Origin: a candidate division FCPU426 bacterium
GTDB taxonomy: Bacteria > Oederibacteriota > JAAXVQ01 > JAUVAV01
Length of the DNA stretch: 34,863 nucleotides
Reading direction: 5' to 3'
Assembly (NCBI GenBank): GCA_016929575.1
Contig: JAFGIQ010000202.1
Span: 1-34,863, forward strand
In this document: positions 16,240 through 25,311 of the stretch, piece by piece
How positions within the stretch are numbered: position 1 is the first letter of the stretch
Layout of the letters: every line of letters starts with the position of its first letter
The notes under the pieces: model-generated
Told to the model about the DNA's origin: nothing
Database searches by the model: none
Seen by the model: only the letters and a program-made list of their open reading frames with translations
Made by a program: the position numbers and the translations under genes

Positions 16240-17212
16240 AAAATGGTTCGCTGCGCGTGAAATCCGGCTGATAATGATAAGCGCTTGACAAGGACTGAAT
16301 CCACCCGCAGTCCATGCCCAGGCGGTCCAGCTCCTCCAGCACGCGTTCATATTCTGCCGCTGTTATTGTCCGCCCCAGGTTTTCATCCGCTGCCACGGCG
16401 CCGATAGGAGTATATTGCGCCATCACGGAAACATGCACCTTTGGCGACAATTCCCGGGCAATAAACCGCAAACAGGCCAGCGTATTGTCCACATACCCCG
16501 GAAGCACCAAATGCCTGATGATCAAACCATTATGGGCTATGCCATCAGGCCCCATCCGCAATTCCGCGCCTTTTTGGCGGTACATTTCCTTCAGGGCGGC
16601 CTGGGCCACGGCAGGATAGTCATCCGCTCCAGAAAACTTTTTTCCCAAAGCAGCATCATGGTATTTCAGGTCAGGCAGATAGACATCGATATCTTCCGCC
16701 AGCTGCCTTATTTTTCCAGGATGGTCATAGGCGTTGGTATTCATCACCGTCACCGCATGCAAACCGCGTTCACGCAAGATATGGATGATATGCGTCATGT
16801 GTGGAATCATATGGGAAGGAGAAACAAATCCCACGCAGGCGGCCCCGGCATGCAAACAGGCGGCGATGCGTCCCAGCACCTCGTCGAGATCTGTCAAGAC
16901 GTCGGCCTGCTCCTGGTGGTTGCGGCTGATCTGATAATTTTGGCAATACGAACATTGCAAATTACAATGTTCGAAAAATACATTGCACATACCATGATTG
17001 CCCGCCAAAACAGGTTCTTCCCCCTTGTGCAGGCAAACCGCCCCAATACGCAGACCGGCCATGCTGCGGCAATAACCCCGGTTGCCCTCAAACCGATTGA
17101 CTCCGCAGCCGCGGGGACACAGCCGGCAGCACTTGAGCTCCTGGTAGTGTATTTCAGGCATCATGGCGGTCATAGGATGGTTTTCCTGATCCATCAGTAT
17201 TGTTTCCGGCAC
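16238..17212 (-). CDS. Radical SAM protein, PflX-like (PFL-activating-enzyme-related)
   Basis: N-terminal CRLCPRGCGVNR..G.C, HKGEEP, CNLQCSYCQN (CxxxCxxC), DVYLPDLKY, GLIIRHLVLPG, MAQYTP. Start may be a downstream ATG (17194, 17176 or 17164). Confidence 0.88.
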   Translation of the reverse strand: MPETILMDQENHPMTAMMPEIHYQELKCCRLCPRGCGVNRFEGNRGYCRSMAGLRIGAVCLHKGEEPVLAGNHGMCNVFFEHCNLQCSYCQNYQISRNHQEQADVLTDLDEVLGRIAACLHAGAACVGFVSPSHMIPHMTHIIHILRERGLHAVTVMNTNAYDHPGKIRQLAEDIDVYLPDLKYHDAALGKKFSGADDYPAVAQAALKEMYRQKGAELRMGPDGIAHNGLIIRHLVLPGYVDNTLACLRFIARELSPKVHVSVMAQYTPIGAVAADENLGRTITAAEYERVLEELDRLGMDCGWIQSLSSAYHYQPDFTRSEPF

Positions 17213-17342
17213 GCCGCATACGCGCTTTTTTATATCGTTATGCTTGGAGGCGGAATTATAACAAACCCTTCCTCCTGGCGCATGACAATTTGATCATCTT
17301 CTGGTGCCTGGAATTCCCACGACTGTTTTCATGGGGAGGGTT

Positions 17343-17720
17343 TTAAACAACCATCGGTCCCATCATCACCTTGACTTTTTCCAACAACTCTTCCGGGTCA
17401 AAGGGTTTGACGATATAATCGTCTCCGCCGACGGCAAATCCTTCTTTGACATCAGCCGGATTTCCCCGGGCGGTCAAAAATATTATTTTTATGCCTTTGG
17501 TGTGGCTTTCGGCCTTGAGTTTTCTACATACATCATACCCATGTAAACCCGGCATCATGACATCCAGCACGACCAATTGCGGTTTCCAGCTTGCGGCCTG
17601 TTCCAGGGCTTCAAAACCGCTGGTTGCCGTGTGCACATCATACCCCTCCACTGAAAGGGTCATCTTCAGCAAGCGCCCAATGGCCGGCTCATCATCGACG
17701 ATCAGGATTTTTTTTGCCAT
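17343..17720 (-). CDS. Single-domain response regulator (receiver only, 125 aa)
   Basis: KILIVDDE, VLDVMMP, FLTA, DDYIVKPF. ATG 17720 with GAGAGG upstream. Confidence 0.92.
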   Translation of the reverse strand: MAKKILIVDDEPAIGRLLKMTLSVEGYDVHTATSGFEALEQAASWKPQLVVLDVMMPGLHGYDVCRKLKAESHTKGIKIIFLTARGNPADVKEGFAVGGDDYIVKPFDPEELLEKVKVMMGPMVV

Positions 17721-17973
17721 GCCGCAAAACACCTCTCGTTCACTTACTCTTGTCCGGGGCCATTCCGGCGGCGGGCCTGGTTCGCCGGCCACACCCTTAA
17801 AGCAGCAGCCTTTCCTTTTCCGCATTCCCTGCAGGGACTCACAGCAAGGGCGCACGGTTCCTACAACGCAATGCAAGAACGCTTCTCCCCATATCGGCAA
17901 TAAACCTGCAACTATTGTTATCACCCGTTTTTAGTATCGTCGGTTGGCAAAGGAGATTTAGCGCTAAAACTGT

Positions 17974-18032
17974 CAGTCAATCACCCTGCGGCAAGCCGCG
18001 GGGTGCCGTATCATTTTTAGGAAGTGAGACTG
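17974..18032 (+). repeat. Palindromic element CACCCTGCGGC-AA-GCCGCGGGGTG within CAGTC...GACTG
   Basis: 11-bp stem 17982-18005 (one G-T); outer CAGTCAATCAC / GTGAGACTG complementarity. Confidence 0.55.
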
Positions 18033-18227
18033 CTGCGCTGTTTTTACATGAATGGCACAGCGCCTCCCGCGCGCCAGGACACTTTATATGAATCCATCTG
18101 CCCGGCTCACGAAGTAAGCGCGGAAGGTGCTCCAAGTGAAAGACACAGGATAGTGCGGTTTGCAGGTGGGAAAGGCACTGCCTGGAAATAATAGGCCCCG
18201 GTGATGGCAGCAGGTGTTTTTACAGGA

Positions 18228-19163
18228 TCAGGCCCCTTCTCCGCAACGGAGCAGCAAACGGTGCCACCGTTTGTCCACTTCGGCCTGAATCTCCTTTACC
18301 AGTTCTTCATTCTCCGGTTTCAGCAAGTGGCGGAAGCGGGTCTGGGTCTTGTAAAAATCTGTAACCGGTTTCTTTTCACGGATCTTGCGGGTAAGCTTCC
18401 ACTCGCCGTCCACTACTTCGTACAACGGCCAAAGGCAGGTTTCCACGGCCAAGCGCGCGATCTCCATGCTCTGGGAGGGATCAGATCCCCAACCCAAACG
18501 GCAGGGGGTGTATACATTCATGAATTTTGGCCCCGCGAGGGAAAAAGCCTTATCCGCCTTGCGCATCAAATCCAAATGATAGCCGACGCTTGCCTGGCCC
18601 GCATAGGCCAGGTCGTGTGCAGCCAAAATATGGGTCAAATCCTTTGGAAATTGCACTTTGCCGGGAACGACCTTCCCGGCCGGCGAAGTGGTGGTATGGC
18701 CCCCTTTGGGAGTGGCCGAGGACCTCTGCACGCCGGTATTCATGTAGGCTTCGTTGTTATAGCAGATATACAGAATGTTATGCCGGCGTTCCATGGCCCC
18801 GGACAAGGCCTGGAAGCCGATATCATACGTGCCGCCGTCTCCGCCGATAGCGACAAAATTCATCTTGTCATCGCCCGGCAGGCGCCCCTGCTTCTTCAAC
18901 GACCGGTAGGCGGTCTCGATGCCGGAAATCGTAGCCGCGGCGTTTTCAAAAGCACTGTGCATGAAATTTCCGCGCCAGGCGGTAAAGGGGTATATGGTGG
19001 TTGCAATCTCCATGCAGCCGGTGGCGCAGGTGGTGACCACCGGTACGGTGGATTGGCCGAATATCATATTGATGGCTTGCGGGAACCCGCACCCGGAACA
19101 GGCCCGGTGCCCGCCGGCAAGCCCCTTTTTTTCCTGAAGGGAAAGCTGTTTCAAATTCAGCAT
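18228..19163 (-). CDS. porB: Pyruvate:ferredoxin oxidoreductase beta subunit (TPP-binding)
   Basis: GHRACSGCG, ATGCME, FENAAA, GGDGGTYDIG...YNNEAYMNTGVQRS, TPC..GW. Confidence 0.95.
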   Translation of the reverse strand: MLNLKQLSLQEKKGLAGGHRACSGCGFPQAINMIFGQSTVPVVTTCATGCMEIATTIYPFTAWRGNFMHSAFENAAATISGIETAYRSLKKQGRLPGDDKMNFVAIGGDGGTYDIGFQALSGAMERRHNILYICYNNEAYMNTGVQRSSATPKGGHTTTSPAGKVVPGKVQFPKDLTHILAAHDLAYAGQASVGYHLDLMRKADKAFSLAGPKFMNVYTPCRLGWGSDPSQSMEIARLAVETCLWPLYEVVDGEWKLTRKIREKKPVTDFYKTQTRFRHLLKPENEELVKEIQAEVDKRWHRLLLRCGEGA

Positions 19164-19218
19164 GGCAATTTCTCCTTATCGACTTTCTGCATTCTGCTAT
19201 CCATTCGCTCCTCTATTA

Positions 19219-20403
19219 TTATTCCCTGACGCCCCAGTATATCACCCGGGAATTTAGGTCCTTGGGTTCCCCGGCTTTTAGCGTCTGTTCAGCGATTTGT
19301 TCCAATTCCGTAAAATGAATGTCCCTGCCGCCCAATCCGTAAATATAATTGACCGTCTTGGGGCGCGTGCCGGCGTCAAACAGCGCGGCTTTCAATTCAG
19401 TGCCGAGGGGGCCGCTTTGGGCGTTAAATCCGTCGGAGCGATCCAGCACGGCGATGTGGGACACGTGCTTGAGCGCCGCCGCCAATTCTTCGGCGGGAAA
19501 AGGCCGGAAAACACGCAGCTTCAGGAGACCGGCTTTTAAGCCCCGCGCCCGCAGGTTGTCAATTGCCACCCGTGCCGTTCCTGCCGTCGAACCCATTGCC
19601 ACCAACGCCACTTCAGCATCCTGCAAATGATACTCCTCAAAAAAACCGTATGTTTGGCCAAATGTTTTTCCGAATTCCCTGCCGATTTCCACTATCGCCT
19701 GTTTGGCATTGCGCATGCCCTCATATGCCGCCCGGCGGTGTTCAAAATAAAAATCCGGCAGATCAGCGGCCCCGACGGTGATGGGTTTGCTGTTGTCCAA
19801 CAGGTTGAAAGCAGGTTTATATTCCCCGATGAACTTCTGCACCTCGGCGTCAGGATAAATATGCACATTTTCCATGCCGTGGCTGATAATAAATCCGTCC
19901 GTGCTGGTCCAAGCCGGCAACAGCACATCCGGATGCTCTGCAATACGGACCGCCTGAATAAGATTGTCGTAGGCTTCCTGCGCATTTTCGGAAAAAAGTT
20001 GTATCCAGCCGGTATCCCGCGCTCCCATGGTGTCGCTGTGATCGCAGTGGATGTTAATCGGCCCGGACAAGGCCCGGTTGACTTCGGCCATGACAATGGG
20101 CAACCGGTAACCAGCAGCGATATAAAGCATCTCATACATCAAGGCCAATCCCTGCGAGGAGGTGGCCGTCATGGTCCGGGCTCCTGCCGCAGCGGAACCC
20201 ATGCAGGCGGACATGGCCGAGTGCTCGGATTCAACCGTAATCAATTCGGTTTTAACCATACCATCATTCACAAAACCCGCAAATATCTGCATGATTTCCG
20301 TGGCCGGAGTAATGGGATAGGCTGCGCAGACGTCCGGATTGATCTGCCGCATGGCCTCGGCCATGGCTTCATTTCCAGTTTTTGCTTGTACTGTTTTTTC
20401 CAT
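19219..20403 (-). CDS. porA: Pyruvate:ferredoxin oxidoreductase alpha subunit
   Basis: GNEAMA, AYPITP, VESEHSA, ATSSQGL, NRALSGPINIH, FRPFP, YGLGGRD. ATG 20403. Confidence 0.95.
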   Translation of the reverse strand: MEKTVQAKTGNEAMAEAMRQINPDVCAAYPITPATEIMQIFAGFVNDGMVKTELITVESEHSAMSACMGSAAAGARTMTATSSQGLALMYEMLYIAAGYRLPIVMAEVNRALSGPINIHCDHSDTMGARDTGWIQLFSENAQEAYDNLIQAVRIAEHPDVLLPAWTSTDGFIISHGMENVHIYPDAEVQKFIGEYKPAFNLLDNSKPITVGAADLPDFYFEHRRAAYEGMRNAKQAIVEIGREFGKTFGQTYGFFEEYHLQDAEVALVAMGSTAGTARVAIDNLRARGLKAGLLKLRVFRPFPAEELAAALKHVSHIAVLDRSDGFNAQSGPLGTELKAALFDAGTRPKTVNYIYGLGGRDIHFTELEQIAEQTLKAGEPKDLNSRVIYWGVRE

Positions 20404-20428
20404 TACCTTACTTCCCCTTTCACCTGCT

Positions 20429-20731
20429 TTAGGCTTCATCCTTGGCATGCATCGTAATCGCCTTATCGGGTTTGGCCAAACACTCCCGGACGCAAATTCC
20501 GCAGCCTTTGCAATATTCCAGGCTAACTCCCAGGATTTTCTGATCCTTGACTTCCCAACAGTCATCCGGGCAAAAAATCCAGCAATTCAGGCAATGAATG
20601 CATTTTTCGGGATGCCAAACCGGCACTTCAGTGGCCCAGGCACCGGTTTTAAACTCACGGGAAGTGGCTGCATCCAAAATATTCCCGTGCGGAAAGGCCC
20701 TCCACCCTGGTTTTTGCGTCGGTGTGCTCAC
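20429..20731 (-). CDS. porD: Pyruvate:ferredoxin oxidoreductase delta subunit (2x[4Fe-4S])
   Basis: KTGAW..P, CIHCLNCWIFCPD, YCKGCGICVREC; ATGA overlap with porC. Confidence 0.95.
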   Translation of the reverse strand: MSTPTQKPGWRAFPHGNILDAATSREFKTGAWATEVPVWHPEKCIHCLNCWIFCPDDCWEVKDQKILGVSLEYCKGCGICVRECLAKPDKAITMHAKDEA

Positions 20732-21306
20732 TGTGTTTTTACCTCCTCATACGCCCGCCGGATCGCGTTCATGTTTCCTTCGACAATTTCAGGACGATTC
20801 TTGAATTTTTTACCCAGCTTGTTCCGGGTATCCTCCAGCAGCGCGTTGAAATCCATAAAATCCGTTACTTTGATCAATGCCCCCATCATACAGGTATTGG
20901 GAACATTGCGTTTAATGGTTTCCAAGGCAATGGTGGATGCATCCACGGTAAAAAGCTTTTTCCCCTTCCACGGGATGCTTTTTCGCATTTCCGCGGGACT
21001 CTTGGGCGTATTGATCAGCAATACGCCGTCTTCGTTCAAACCTGCAGTAACATCCACCGCATCCAGCAGGCTGGGATCCAGGACCACCACCGCCTTGGGA
21101 TTGGTGACAGAGCAGTGAAGCGTAATCGGTTGATCACTGATGCGGTCAAAAGACTGCACCGGTGCTCCCATGCGCTCAGGACCGTACTCAGGAAACGCCT
21201 GCACGTGTTTTCCGGCCTGCATGGCCGCCTCACCGAGAAGCAAGGCGGCGGTTTTGGCGCCTTGGCCGCCCCGGCCATGCCAACGGATTTCCAGCATTTC
21301 ACCCAT
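20728..21306 (-). CDS. porC: Pyruvate:ferredoxin oxidoreductase gamma subunit
   Basis: EIRWHGRGGQGAKTA, FPEYGPERMGAPV, VPNTCMMGA. Confidence 0.95.
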   Translation of the reverse strand: MGEMLEIRWHGRGGQGAKTAALLLGEAAMQAGKHVQAFPEYGPERMGAPVQSFDRISDQPITLHCSVTNPKAVVVLDPSLLDAVDVTAGLNEDGVLLINTPKSPAEMRKSIPWKGKKLFTVDASTIALETIKRNVPNTCMMGALIKVTDFMDFNALLEDTRNKLGKKFKNRPEIVEGNMNAIRRAYEEVKTQ

Positions 21307-21509
21307 ACCTCTTTTTCTCCCTTCTCATCCTTGGCTGTGACAAAGGCAGGCCGATCCCAGCGAAATCCCGGCCTCACGTGTATAGCCCCGGTTTTGGATT
21401 AACCTTAGATAGTAAAAAATCACATAAGAGGGTTTCCAGCGCTGGCAACAAGAAACAGGCAGAATAAGCATGCCTGACACATTATATTGTATTTAACACT
21501 CGGCGTGAT

Positions 21510-21537
21510 ATTTTACGCTTTTACTTAAAAAAAGCAA
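21510..21537 (-). promoter_or_regulatory. Possible por operon promoter TTGCTT-N16-TAAAAT
   Basis: AT-rich region; -10 overlapped by palindrome GCGTGA-TATT-TTACGC; a second TATAAT lies at 21481-21486 (- strand). Confidence 0.35.
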
Positions 21538-21610
21538 GCGCTAATATGCTTTTTCCCCTTGAAATTTCCAGGCGCGGGACAAAAGAACAGGTTCTGCTGC
21601 AAAGCGCATC

Positions 21611-21633
21611 AAAAAATGCAGTCAGGCTGCATT
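21611..21633 (-). terminator. Probable intrinsic terminator after recR
   Basis: AATGCAG-CCTGA-CTGCATT followed by T tract on the - strand, 6 nt after the stop. Confidence 0.6.
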
Positions 21634-21639
21634 ATCTAG

Positions 21640-22239
21640 TTACAGTTCGCGCCGGCCCCCAAAAGCCTGGGAAATAGTTATGTCGTCGGCATATTCCAGG
21701 TTGCCCCCGGCCGGCAGACCGCTGGCCAGACGGGTTGCTTTGATGCCCAGCGGCTTGATCAATTTGCCCAAATAGATGGCCGTGGCCTCTCCCTCCACAT
21801 CCGGATTGGTTGCAATCACCACTTCCTTGATCATGCCGTTCTCCAGACGTTTCAGCAGCTCCGGTATTTTCAAGTCCTCGGGTCCTATTCCGTCCAAGGG
21901 CGAGAGCGTGCCCATCAGCACATGATAATGCCCATGATAAATCTGCGCACGCTCCAGGGCGAAAACATCATTGGGCTCCTCGACCACACATATGCAGGAA
22001 GCATCGCGGCGAGGATGGCGGCAGACATCGCAGGTGTCCTCTTCACAAAGCGAATAGCAGATAGAGCAATAGCGGATCTTCTCCTTGGCTTCCACCAAGG
22101 TTTTGGCCAGGCGTTCAACTGCGGCCGCTTCCTGGCGCAACAGGTAAAAAGCCAGGCGCTGGGCTGTTTTAGGCCCCACGCCCGGCATTTTCCCCAATTC
22201 ATCGATCATGCGCGCCAAGGCGCCGGAGAACAATACCAT
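21640..22239 (-). CDS. recR: Recombination mediator RecR
   Basis: MPGVGPKTAQRLAF (HhH), CSIC...CDVC zinc finger, ICVVE, YHVLMG.LSPLDGIGP, ATNPDVEGEATA (Toprim), LEYAD. ATG 22239. Confidence 0.97.
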   Translation of the reverse strand: MVLFSGALARMIDELGKMPGVGPKTAQRLAFYLLRQEAAAVERLAKTLVEAKEKIRYCSICYSLCEEDTCDVCRHPRRDASCICVVEEPNDVFALERAQIYHGHYHVLMGTLSPLDGIGPEDLKIPELLKRLENGMIKEVVIATNPDVEGEATAIYLGKLIKPLGIKATRLASGLPAGGNLEYADDITISQAFGGRREL

Positions 22240-22360
22240 ATCCGCCTTCCATGAAAGAAATTTCCCGGATGCCCCCCGGACATTCCAGGAGTGAAATCCC
22301 GGTGTGATGAAACGACTTAAAAACCAGCGGCCGCCGGCAGGCTGCATTTCGTGGCTTTGG

Positions 22361-24082
22361 CTATTTATTTCCGCCGGCGGAAGGTTTTTGCAGGATGTCT
22401 ATAATTTGACCGCCGAACATTTCTAAAGTCTTTTGCACCAATGGTTCTTTGTGTGATATATCCTCGAATTCTTTTTGCCGGTCCGCTCCGCGGGGCAAGC
22501 CTTCCTCCGGCAGGGGGGCGCTTTTCTCCTCGTGTTTCAACTGTAATCTGGTCTGCTTCCCCAATTGGCCCTCAAAAACGGTTTCAATCAGTTTGCGGGC
22601 TTCCTCTTTCTCCAAACCGGTCAAATGATACGCCGAGGCGCACGTCAATTCCACCCATCCTTCCTCAGCGGCGGTGATGACGACATCGCGCAGCAAGGCC
22701 TGTACACGCCGGTTTTTTTGGCCAATAGTCTGGACCATGGCGGGCCATATTTCGCGTACGGTCTCCACATAACTTTGGGCATCCAGCTCTTCCAGGGAGT
22801 CGACAACCAAGGCCGGCTCGCCGGCCACGGCTGACGCGGCATTTTCTTCCCCGTCGCAGGCGGGTTGGGCCACCGGGGGTGTTTCTTCAGGGCCTTCCTG
22901 ATCCGCCTGGGATTGCACCGCCGCTGGCATTTTTGCCACCCGCGCCTCCATGGCCTGCAATTCACCCCATAATGTTTCAAAAGAAACCAGCCGGTTGGCC
23001 GAACAAAGTTGCAGCAGCAGCAACTCCAACAACAGCCGGGGATGCTGCGTCCTTCTGAGCTCATCATCCGTAGCGGCCGCCAGTTTCACGACATTGAGCA
23101 ATTCTTCCAGTGAAAAAACCAGGCTTTGTCTCTCCACCGCTTCGGCCACATTGCTCGGCAGATGTTCCAGATTCCCCTGCTGCCGTCCTGCCACGCGGGC
23201 AATAACCAGTTGCCGCCAGTATTCCACCCATTCTTTCATAAAAAGCCGCAGATCCGCGCCGCTGTTGACCAGGGTGTCAACAATGCGCAGCACCTCTGTG
23301 GCTTTCCTGGCAGTGACGGCATCCACCAGCGCGATAAACACCTGGGTATCCACCAAGCCCAGCACGGTCACCACGTCTTCGGTTTTTACCTCGGTGCCGC
23401 TGAAACTGATGATTTGGTCGAAAAGGCTTTGCGCATCGCGCAGACTGCCTTCTGCTCCCCGGGCAATCACATGCAAGGCTTCTTCCTGGATGCTCACGCC
23501 TTCGGCCGCAGCCATCACGGCCAACCGCTCTGTGATTTCCCGTTCGGGAATCCGGCGAAAATCAAACCGTTGGCAACGGCTGATAATGGTGGCCGGCACC
23601 TTGTGTGACTCCGTGGTGGCCAAAATGAATATGGTATGTGCCGGTGGTTCCTCCAGCGTCTTCAACAGGGCATTGAAGGCCGCATTGCTCATCATATGCA
23701 CTTCATCAATGACAATGACTTTGTAACGGCAGGATACAGGTGCATACCGCACTTTTTCCCTTAATTCGCGCGCATCGTCCACCAGGCCGTTTGAAGCCGC
23801 ATCGATCTCAATGACATCGGTTGCGCTTCCGGCCTGAATCTCTTCGCAACGCACGCAGTGATTGCACGGCTCACCTTCCACCGGCGAGAGGCAATTTGCC
23901 ACCTTGGCCAATAATCGTGCCGTGGTGGTCTTGCCCACACCCCGGGGGCCGGTAAATAAATAGGCATGGGAAATACGGTTTGCCTGAATGGCGTTCTTCA
24001 ATGTGCGCACGACATGTTCTTGACCGACCAAGGTCTCAAAATTTCGGGGCCGCCATTTGCGCGCCATGACGATATAGGACAT
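22361..24082 (-). CDS. dnaX: DNA polymerase III subunit gamma/tau
   Basis: ARKWRP, GQEHV, HAYLFTGPRGVGKTT, Cys zinc site, EIDAAS, IDEVHM, FNALLKTLEEPP, SRC, GSLRDA. Confidence 0.97.
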   Translation of the reverse strand: MSYIVMARKWRPRNFETLVGQEHVVRTLKNAIQANRISHAYLFTGPRGVGKTTTARLLAKVANCLSPVEGEPCNHCVRCEEIQAGSATDVIEIDAASNGLVDDARELREKVRYAPVSCRYKVIVIDEVHMMSNAAFNALLKTLEEPPAHTIFILATTESHKVPATIISRCQRFDFRRIPEREITERLAVMAAAEGVSIQEEALHVIARGAEGSLRDAQSLFDQIISFSGTEVKTEDVVTVLGLVDTQVFIALVDAVTARKATEVLRIVDTLVNSGADLRLFMKEWVEYWRQLVIARVAGRQQGNLEHLPSNVAEAVERQSLVFSLEELLNVVKLAAATDDELRRTQHPRLLLELLLLQLCSANRLVSFETLWGELQAMEARVAKMPAAVQSQADQEGPEETPPVAQPACDGEENAASAVAGEPALVVDSLEELDAQSYVETVREIWPAMVQTIGQKNRRVQALLRDVVITAAEEGWVELTCASAYHLTGLEKEEARKLIETVFEGQLGKQTRLQLKHEEKSAPLPEEGLPRGADRQKEFEDISHKEPLVQKTLEMFGGQIIDILQKPSAGGNK

Positions 24083-24230
24083 GCATAACCTCTGTTTTTG
24101 AAAAAAATGACATTGCCGGCCAATCCGGTGAAATGCCTTTTGTTGTTGTCCTGCCCCTCCTGGCCAGAAACAAGGAAAAAACGGTTGGGGGTGCAGGGGG
24201 ATTCAAGACGCAAACCGGAAACGGTGGGAT

Positions 24231-24259
24231 ATTCTACTACGGATACAACGCTTCGTCAA
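24231..24259 (-). promoter_or_regulatory. Sigma70-like dnaX promoter TTGACG-N17-TAGAAT
   Basis: Reverse complement of cgtcaa 24254-24259 and attcta 24231-24236; implies a leader of about 140 nt. Confidence 0.65.
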
Positions 24260-24335
24260 GCCAAGCCATCCGGCAGGATAATTCCCGGCGAAAAACCCGC
24301 CGGTTTTTGCGGCAAATCATCCTTGCCATTGCCGG

Positions 24336-24803
24336 TCAAGTGACAATAATATTATCCTCCCGTTCGACCAAGGCTTCATCCGTTTGGCGCAAACGCGTCG
24401 TTAATTTTTTAATGAAAACACCCAGGAGTTTCATTGCCGTACGTGATGACTGGTTGATGAGGTGCGGCATTTTTTCCGGAGACAATTTGTACAATACCGT
24501 GTTCTCCAGCGCGGTCACGGTTGCAGAGCGCGCATACTTGTCCAAAAACGACATTTCTCCGAAAATATTTCCCATGCCGAACATGGCGATCACCTTTTCG
24601 TGGTCTTTGGCGGTTTTTGATATCTGCACCATGCCCTCTTCAATGAAATACACGCTCCCGTCATCGCTGTCATTTTCCTTGAAAATAACCCGTCCCTTGT
24701 TATATTTCACTTTTTGGCAAAGCCCCAATACCAGTCTTAAATCTTCGTCTGTAAATTCCACAAAAGTCCGGTTGGATTTCAGGATTTCAACAAACATTTC
24801 CAT
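24336..24803 (-). CDS. Stand-alone cyclic nucleotide-binding domain protein (paralog 2)
   Basis: GRVIFKEN, VYFIEEG.V, FGEMSFLD..ARSATVTA phosphate-binding cassette; ends after the C-helix with no HTH. GGGGAGG RBS. Confidence 0.9.
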   Translation of the reverse strand: MEMFVEILKSNRTFVEFTDEDLRLVLGLCQKVKYNKGRVIFKENDSDDGSVYFIEEGMVQISKTAKDHEKVIAMFGMGNIFGEMSFLDKYARSATVTALENTVLYKLSPEKMPHLINQSSRTAMKLLGVFIKKLTTRLRQTDEALVEREDNIIVT

Positions 24804-24843
24804 GCGCTTCCCTCCCCCGCAGATCCGTCTGGCCGTTTCGCGT

Positions 24844-25311
24844 TTAAGTGATGATGATTTTTCCTTCCTGGCCTATTAATGCCTCGTCTGTTTGTCTCAA
24901 CCTGGCCGTCAACTTTTCGATGAACACCCGCAGTAATTTGACGGCTGTGCGCGGCGCATTTTTTTCGATTTCCTTCATTTTTCCCGGCAGCAGCTTGTGA
25001 CAAATGACGTCCTCATCCACCTGGACATTGGCCGACCGCGGTTTCGCGTCCAAAAAGGACATTTCTCCAAAAATGTTTCCTATGCCAAACATGGCCAGCA
25101 CTTTTTCTTTCTGCCGGGACCCCTTGGTGACGCGCACGATACCCTCCTCGATGAGATACACGCCTCCATCGTCCTGCTGGTTTTCCCGGAAGATGACGCG
25201 CCCCTTCGGCAAATTGATTTTTTGACACAAACTGATGATCAACATGAGTTCTTCATCTGAGAAGTCCGGAAAAAGGCCGTTGGTTTTCAGGATGCGGATC
25301 AGCAGCTCCAT
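24844..25311 (-). CDS. Stand-alone cyclic nucleotide-binding domain protein (paralog 1)
   Basis: GRVIFREN, VYLIEEG.V, FGEMSFLDAKPRSANV; 155 aa, no HTH. GGAGG RBS. Confidence 0.9.
   Translation of the reverse strand: MELLIRILKTNGLFPDFSDEELMLIISLCQKINLPKGRVIFRENQQDDGGVYLIEEGIVRVTKGSRQKEKVLAMFGIGNIFGEMSFLDAKPRSANVQVDEDVICHKLLPGKMKEIEKNAPRTAVKLLRVFIEKLTARLRQTDEALIGQEGKIIIT

Noticed and set aside
18066-18115. GCGCCAGGAC resembling the glmS ribozyme start
   Set aside because: No cleavage-site A, no GACGAGG core and no glmS gene downstream.
21307-21480. TPP riboswitch upstream of TPP-dependent PFOR
   Set aside because: No CUGAGA-led P2/P3 arrangement or CCUGA...AAU...GCGNAGGGA motifs.
22361-23100. 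Programmed -1 frameshift in dnaX
   Set aside because: No AAAAAAG or long A run with a downstream hairpin seen on the coding strand after domain III.
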